DNA from: Paragordius varius
Lineage: Eukaryota; Animalia; Nematomorpha
Direction: 5' to 3'
DNA length: 64,000 nucleotides
Assembly (NCBI GenBank): GCA_964247055.1
Contig: OZ176056.1
Location: 5,146,001-5,210,000, forward strand
In this document: piece after piece, positions 50,515 through 59,500 of the stretch
Layout of the letters: each line of letters begins with the position of its first letter
How positions within the stretch are numbered: position 1 is the first letter of the stretch
The notes under the pieces: model-generated
What the model was told of the DNA's origin: nothing
What the model saw: the letters and a program-made list of their open reading frames with translations, nothing else
Databases searched by the model: none
Position numbers and translations under genes: made by a program

Positions 50515-53500
50515 CTAGCTGGCCCTGTAACGCTTCGCTGTGACGTAGTCTCACCGATAATTATTCTTAATATTTTCCAATAAATTGAGGAAATATAAAA
50601 AAAATAATAAAAAGCATATATAGAATGTCTTTAACTATACTTTTACGGGTTTTTGCATAGGCTCAAATATGTTTTACTAGAAAATGACCATATTTAAAGG
50701 TTAAGTTAATATTTAACTATCCTGGATATATTTTAAGATTTTCGTTTTATGAAAATATGGTTAAAAGTTTTATAAATTGTCACACAGCTGGGATCAAGGT
50801 ATATAAAAAGTAAATCATTTGTGGTCCCTATTATTCAAATTTCTCAGATGTGTGTTTAACTGAACTCGTATGGCTTCTTAAGTTTTTTGAAAATTAGAAA
50901 CTACGCCATTTTTGTACGGCGTCTCAGTTTTAAACCGGTAGACTTATACCCATAGACCATGGAAAAAGTGTTGAGTTAAATTCGTTGTCTTTATAGGGCA
51001 AATATTTGGAAATATATTTGATACCATCGTCTCTTGGGTTATTCGAAAAAATACTCAACACTAAATAATCGTTATAAGATGGCGTATATTTAGGGCATAA
51101 AGGCCCCAAATTAATGGCTAATAAAAAACGTGACCTTATTTACCTAGCGGGTGATATTTCAAGTTTTTAATGAGCTCATTTAGCTTCATAATTTCTGTAA
51201 ATTTGCTCCAAAACAACGCAAATTCTATATAGTGGCGCAGTTTTTGGGGGGCTCCTTACTCAGGGGCAGGTATTAAAAATATCGTTGGGCAAAGTTTTTG
51301 CCTTTATATGGGAATATCTGAAATCATCATGGATTCCATATGTTCCTATTAGTATCATAGATATTCTGAAATTTGGCGCCAAAGGCATTTATCGATATGA
51401 TGACGCAGATTTACACGGGTGGCCCCCCAACCAGAGGCGAAACCAAAAACGCTCGATTAAAATTTTTGTCATTCGGGTAATATGTGGAATCATGATTGAT
51501 TCTATCTCGTGTGATTTTCGAAAATTGACTCAAAACCAATAAGTCATTCTATGATGGCGCCTTTCCAGTGCAAGGGCTTAATTAAGGGGTTTAATAATGC
51601 CGCTCTACTCAAATTTTTGCCTTTTTACGGGTAATGTTTCAATCCCTTATTGAACTCATATGGCCTATAGTTTTCTAAAATTTGCCTCCAAAGTGACGCT
51701 GTATCGAGATGGTGACGCAGTTATAGGCGGGTAGCCCCTACCCAGAAAAAGCGCTTGATTAAAATTTTTGTTACGGAGAATATCTGGAATTACCATTCAT
51801 TCCTTATGTTCTTAATAGTTTTTGGTAGAATGGCTACAAAACTAAATAATAGTTTAATGATAGCGCATTTTTTAGGGCGTAAAAGACCTAATTAACGGTT
51901 TATTTAAAAAACGACTCGACTTAAATTGCCTTTTTACGGGTAATATTTCGGCTCTTATTAAACTTATGTGGCCTGATATGTTTTCTGAAAATTAACTCAT
52001 AAACAACGCAGTTTCGATATGGTGGCGCAGTTTTAGGAGGGTAGCTCCCTATCCAAGGCTCAAAAAAGCCCTTGATTAAAATTGTTGCCTTTTTACGGAG
52101 AATACCTGGAATCATGATTGATTCCATATGCTCTCATTAGTTTTTGGGAAAGTCTCAAAAATGATAAATAATTCTATGATGGCGCATTTTTCAAGGCGTG
52201 AAGTGCCTAATTGAGGGCTAATTTTTAAAAAACCGCACGATCTAAATTTTTGCCTTGCGGGTAATATTTTAAGCAGCTATTAAGCTCTTATGGCCTGATA
52301 GGTTTTCTGAATTTTAGCCCCAAAGGCACGGTATTTCGATATGACTGGTCAGTTTTTAGCGGATATCTCCTTACCCGGCAACCAATATAAAAGACACGCT
52401 CGACTCAAATTTTTGCCTTTTAACAGGCAATACCTGGAATCCTTATTGAATTTTTACGGTCTCATACTTTGGGCGAAAAATAGTTTTAAAAATTATTTTT
52501 GTGGACTTAATTTTTTTGAAAAAATGGCATTTTACGTGGGAGTGGGTAAAAAGAGGGCATAAATTAAAAAAGCGACGACTATGTTGGGCGCAATCGAAAA
52601 AAAGTAAAAATTATATTTAACATCGAATGGTCCAACACGTTTTCCGGAAAATTGTCTCAAAGACACTATTTTTGTGGACTACTGTTTTCAAAAAATTCTT
52701 TTTTACACGGGGTGGGCCTGAACTGGTGGCCTAATTAAAAAAATGGGCGAAGCAATTGTGGGGGCATTCGTTAATGATTATATTTTTTCGAGATTTGGAT
52801 TTGAATGGGTCTACCGGTTTTCCGGAAACAGATCACAAAGCCACCACTTTCCATTTTTATAAATATACTAGGGTAAATCTCGTGCTGCTACGCAGCCCGA
52901 GGAAGTCCTTCGGACTTCTGGGGAAGGAGGGTTATTTGAAAAAAAGGACAATAAAATGATCCACATATGTGGATTATTTCGAAACATTGTTTAACTATGA
53001 TCTCATAGGAATTATAAAACGGTGCATTCATACATCGATTGTTTGAAAATATAGATTTAAAAAAATATTTATACATATGATACAAACCCCTTACTCAGCA
53101 AATATCATCAAAGAAACGCTTAACTAAAATTTTTGCCTTTTAACAGGGAATACATGGAATCCTTATTGAATTTTTACAGTCTCATACCTTGGGCAAAAAA
53201 ATACAATCAAAAAATTATTTTTGTGGACTTTGTTTTTTTTGAAAAAAATGGCATTTTAAGGGGGTAGCGGGTAAAAAGAGGGCCTAAATCAAAAAAGTGA
53301 GTTGACTATGTTCAGTACGATCAAAAATAAGTAACCAAAAATCATATTTGAAATTGAATGGTCCAATATGTTCTCCAAAAAATTGACTTAACCCATTTTT
53401 CACACGGGGTAGGCCCGAACTGGGGACCTAATTCCATAAAAGGGCGAAGCGATTGTCGGGGCATTCATTAATGATTATATCTTTTCGATATGTGGATTTG

Positions 53501-56500
53501 ATTGCGTTCACTGGTTTTCCGGAAACAGATCACAAAGTTACATGAGAAATCAGTTTTTAGCGGGTAGCTCCTTACCCAGCAGCTATCATCAAAGAAACGC
53601 CTGACTAAAATTTTTGCCTTTCAACAGGGAATACGTGTAATCCATATAAAATTTTTACTGTCTCATACCTAGGGCGAAAAATAGATTTAAAAAATTATTT
53701 TTGTGGACTTTGTTTTTTGAAAAAAATGGCATTCTAAATCAAAAAAGTGACTCGACTATGTTCGGCGCAATCGAAAATAAGTAAACAGAAATCATATTTG
53801 AAATTGAATGGTCCAACACGTTCTCCGGAAAATTGTCTCAAAGACACGATTTTTGTGGACTTCTGTTTTCAAAAAAAACCGTTTTTCACACGGGGTGGGC
53901 CCGAAATGGGGGCCTAATTCAAAAAAAGGACGAAGCTATTGTCGGGGCATTCATTAATGATTATATTTTCGAAGTTTGGATTTGAATGGGTCTACCGGTT
54001 TTCCGGTACCAGATCACAAAGCCAGCATTTTCCATTATAAATATATAGATATATAATGATATTTTTTAAAATGAAACACATAGCTTTCACTAAGAATATT
54101 TAGTATGATCTGCCAAATTTCCGTTTTTTTCATATGGAAATTATTATTACAAGAGTGTAATTTTATTGTATCACTCCTAAGGCCCAAAAAGCAGCATGAG
54201 CATTTTAATATTTACCTATCAATATATATATATATATATATATTGATCAGGATATTTTTTGTGTGTAGTGTGTATATAATATTTCAAAAGTATAATTAAC
54301 ATTTTTTAATCATATGGTTTATACGGATAAATTTTTATACACATTAATTTTTTCATGATTAAACATCACATCACAAACTGATAATACATAGTTTCTTTCA
54401 TTTTAAAATACCTTTTTTATGATATTTAATTTAATGTTTTAAGTTCAAAAGTATTTACCCTTCTCTTTTGGATTATCTGCAAAAGAGGACACAGTTGAAC
54501 CTAGGGATTCTTTAGAGGTTGAATATTCACCACGCTTTTCAAAGGCCCTTCCCATAGCAATCAACACTCCACCCAAAATTTTTAAAGTTGGTTTAACTAT
54601 TGTGTCTCCCCTGTTGTTGGACGAGATGGTATTGAGATCAAGTTTTTTATCCATGGTAACGACGTTATTATTCGCTAAAGTTTTTAATATACTTTCTTTG
54701 TTTTTACCTGATTGCTGATGTATCGGACTTATATGTTCGGCTATAGAGGTAAGGGATGAAAAGGGTTTATTTAATGCCCTCAAATTATTGTTGTTGTTTT
54801 TGGCCCCGTTAGCATTTAAATTGCTGCGATTCCGACCTAGATCATTTTCAATTGTAAAGGCATTTAATTTTGGACACACATTTTGACTATCAGTACCATA
54901 TGTTTCATGACTATAGTTATCATTAACTGTGTTTGCCCGTTGAAATTTACTTCGTCGTACATTAACTGCTACATATTAATAGAGAAAATCTGTATGATCA
55001 AAAAATTATACAGGAATTATAAAGGTTTTACTTTTAGCCAATTTAGATTCATATGGTTTCTCCAATGGATTACGAAACTCTTGTAATCTATTTTCCGCCA
55101 AAACCATTTTATCTATGTCTTCATTTAAGGACGAATGATATATGGGTTTATCTAATTTAATATGATATTAAAGATAAAATATGTATTAATCATGTAAACA
55201 CTTGGCTAATATATCTATAGCTCTGTTTATAAATTATGTTTAGCTACATTGACCTTTGTTGAAATATTGAGAGAAATCATTTAAATTATAGTATAAAATT
55301 TAACAAAATAATTAAAAACCACCTAGGCTTGTTATCGAAAGAAAAATGAAGACTTTGGGAAGAAAATGTTTTGCAGAACATAATGCATATGGTTTAAATT
55401 GAAAATTGTACCATTTTAAATGGTATAATGAATAGAATAGGTATTATAAATACAAAATCGTAAACAGTTAATATATCCGAATCTGTTACCATATATATGT
55501 CAACATTATAAAATTCGATCAAAATATTAAGTCCTGCGGATTTATAATGTATATTTTTTGGTATTTGTCGTTAAACTGTTTTTCAGTTTAAAGGGGTGAG
55601 AATCAGAGGCATGGACGCATTCTTAACCTTTGAAACTCCATACAAACAAAATAATGATATATGACATTCATATAGAATATTGTCAAATAATTTTAATAAC
55701 TTGAAATAAACGCAAGAAAATTGATTGGCTATACGACTCAAAAATCTCTTATTATTAGATTGGAATAAAAGAACATCGCCGCTTAGAATATAAATATAAA
55801 AAATAACTTTTTTCTCTTGTACGGCTAGTTAGAGGCATGGAATTTACATAAATCGGATTAATTGAACCGTAAGAGCTATTGGAAGATATACTGTGCTTGT
55901 ATAAATCACCATTTTTTTGACAGCCATAACCATGTTTAATCGTTTCATTTTGGTTTTTGTTTGAGAAAGTGGAATCTATGCTAGTCCTCTCATATTTATA
56001 CCAATCATCATCAATATTGTAGTGTGGAAAAATGTTACGAATAGCTTGAATCAATCTTCCCCATATCCTATTACTGCATGAAGTGTTTGACTTGGAATCA
56101 TGATGAAATGCGCTCATAGAATTCGATCTTGGCCGTTCCTCTATGTTTTTGGGCAAACCAACATTTTTCAATTTATACGATTTCTCTTGTTGTTGTGTTT
56201 TATCATTATTATTGCTGATGGTATGTAAATGGTATTCGCCCAGTTTCCAATCTGTTTTAAGCAAGTTAGGATTGTGAATATGTTTATGTTCATGGTGAGA
56301 TTGACCTTTCCGATGAAAAAATCCAGGAGTCAAAATCATATGGGAAGTAGTGCCTGTAAACAATATATTTTATGTGTAGTAACATCCTGAAAAGTTATTT
56401 TGATTAAAAAAAATGTCATCTCAAGGGGTTACGATTCTCACATAACTGTATTCCCGGAAATAATCATATTTTCTAATGACATATGTTTACTGATAACATT

Positions 56501-59500
56501 CCACCAAATAATAAATTATTTTAATGCCTACTTTTATTAGATTTCTGACGAAACTTTTCTACATCTTACATTTATAATTCATGGATAAAATTTTTGCTAA
56601 TAAAAATATCAACCGTAATGATTTTAAATATTATTAAAACACTTGTTTAAATTCTCTCTTTAAATTTAGAGGTCATTTGTGTTTAAAAAATCCATAAAAC
56701 TGATTTTCAGCAACCTATGAGATTAGTATTATAAACTTATTTTATTTAATGTGTATGTAAAGCAAATCGTTAAATAATACATATATGATTATGGTATATA
56801 TATAAGTAGGTCCAAAATGCGAAAATGGGTTTAGATTATATTTTTATGCATAATGATGGCAAAAACATTCAAATAAACCACCTTTTTTAATTAATTAGAT
56901 TTAGTATAATTAGCATAACCGAAATAAACATTATTTTTAAAATGATGAATATTCACCATTTGATGAATTCATATTTGCACGAATGTTTTAAAATACTCAA
57001 TTAAATATAGGCATCTATACCAAAAAAATAGTATATATTTTTATACCCAAGTGATCTAATGATGTAAATTCGAGTTATATTAAAAAGGGTATACTTAAAA
57101 GATTCATTTAAATAATAAATTTATTTATATGCCTAACTTATTAAGTTTTAAAACTTATTTTTTTATATATATTTGACTCTTTTAGATCAAATTTTCCCAA
57201 ATCGAAATTTCAATATTATTTAAACTACATTATGAACCAACATATATCACACATAATTTAATTATATCAAATCGATTATAATTAAAAATATAAATAAAAG
57301 GATTTTTTGGCCAATAATCGAAAAATTACCTATTTTAAGAATGATACGTATGCAATCTATGTAGAATATGATGAGTTCAAAAAACGTTATCTAGGTGTTT
57401 TATTTTTAATTAGGAAATCAATAATTACTAGCTTTGTATTTGAATTGTCATATCAATTGTGCATGACAATATGTAATTTTACATGTAAAGCATAGAAATC
57501 AAGTGTACAAAAAATATTTGTTTAAAAAGTCTTAATTTCTAAAAAAAATATTTTAAAAACACAGAATATCCTAGTTCTGGCTTATGAAAATAATCATCTA
57601 GATCCGGACCCTTGATTAAATTAATTCCAAAGGGATTTCTTAATTATGCTCATTAAAAATTTACTACGCTACATACCGGGTAATTAATCCAAACTCCGTC
57701 GGTAAAAATAAGCATATTCAGAAGTAAAACTGTTTCTTCTCAATGATAAAATAACCTATACATATTTGTTAAATTATAGTCATAATTGCTTTATAGAGAA
57801 AACATTCCGATTCCGATTTTAAATGACATTAAGGTACTAATACCATGTATACCAACTTTACTACGAGATAACGTCCACTACGAGGACGATTTTGATACGA
57901 ACCCCATTTTGTTCATCTGACATACTACAAATTTACACATTTTTCTTTTTTTTCATTCAGTAACCATGTTATTGGTCTTGAAAGAATTTGCGATGCTTTT
58001 AATATTTCATCAGAAAAAGGCGGTTAGCGTCATGCTGGTAAAAACGCATGAAAACATGCTCCAATGTAAAACATGTTTTGAAAAGTTTTGAAATGTCCTT
58101 AATATGAAATAGAGTAGGTACTCCGGTAGAACATAGCGGCCAAGATTATATCAAACATTGTATGATAAAACAACTCACGCCAACTGGCAAGAACACATCA
58201 CAAAAAACAACAGAAGATTTTTAAGCACATCAAAGACCAATCAACTCGATAAATGGGTCTTACACAATTTAAATAGATTAAGCCAAAATCGGAAATACGT
58301 ACTGCTTCAACGTAACGAAAGAAACATATCTTCGAATTAGACAGTAGATAGGAAGTGGATTTATTTTGTAAATTCAAAAAATTATGGCTTAGGGATTAAA
58401 CGCTTCGGAAAAAGACCATGCTTTGTGTCTGATTCCAGAGCGGTATTGATATTATCAAGCTTTGAAACCCGAAAATGTTAATACACGCTATCGCCATTAA
58501 GCGATTAAATAAACCGTGAATTTATGCACAAATGATGGGAATAAGCCAGTCATGGCAAAGTTAATTTACTACATACCAATGCTCCGTCTCACACAGCCAA
58601 ATCAGTAAAAACCATGATGGGAAATTCTTACACAAATACTCCGTATTCTCCTGGCCTGCATCAATGGACATCCTCGCAGAGCAGCAGTTCAATTATTTTA
58701 AAGAGGTTGAAAAATGTCTTGACAAAAAGTTTGCCGCAAATGAAAATCGGCTTTTCTAACATGGCATTCATAATCTATTTGACGCAAAAACAGTTTTTGA
58801 TCTTTAAGCATCTAAATCATAGCGTAAGGGAAATTCTTTTTATATAATAAATTGCTAGATTTTTATCTAATGTCAATAAGATACCATATACCAATAATCC
58901 ATTTTTTATAAATAATACGAACAATCTAATAAATAAAAACACACAAGTTCGGTTAGACTCACATTAAATAATTTGATTTATTTTGATTGTTATTAATTGT
59001 TTAGGTAGGACGGAAGTCTCTTGGGTGTATATGCTGGAGTTCGAAGCCCGAAAGAGCAATTTTAGCATAATCGCTGTCTGCCCAAGATGGATGAATTAAG
59101 CTTTCACTGGTCCTGATATAACTTAAGCCAGGGCTTCTTAAACTTTTGTGAGTTGCGACCCCATTTATGATCGCAAATTTCATGGCGACCCCAATAAATA
59201 TAAAAGAAAAATAAATTAATATTTTTTGATTATATATTTATAAACAATATACATATGCATATGAAAATATATAAATTTAGAATTCGATTTGAAACATAAA
59301 AAATCATAAATTAAAATTTGCACAAATATTCCGATTATTATAATATATTGTATAAATTTATTATGAATCAGAGATGTTATAGAAATATAAAAAATGTAGA
59401 TTTATTTTTGTCAATTTCTTGAAATCGAAATAACCCTGATAATATTATCAACAAAATTTCTAAGTGTTATTTGAAAGAAACTATATAAACATTTTGATTT

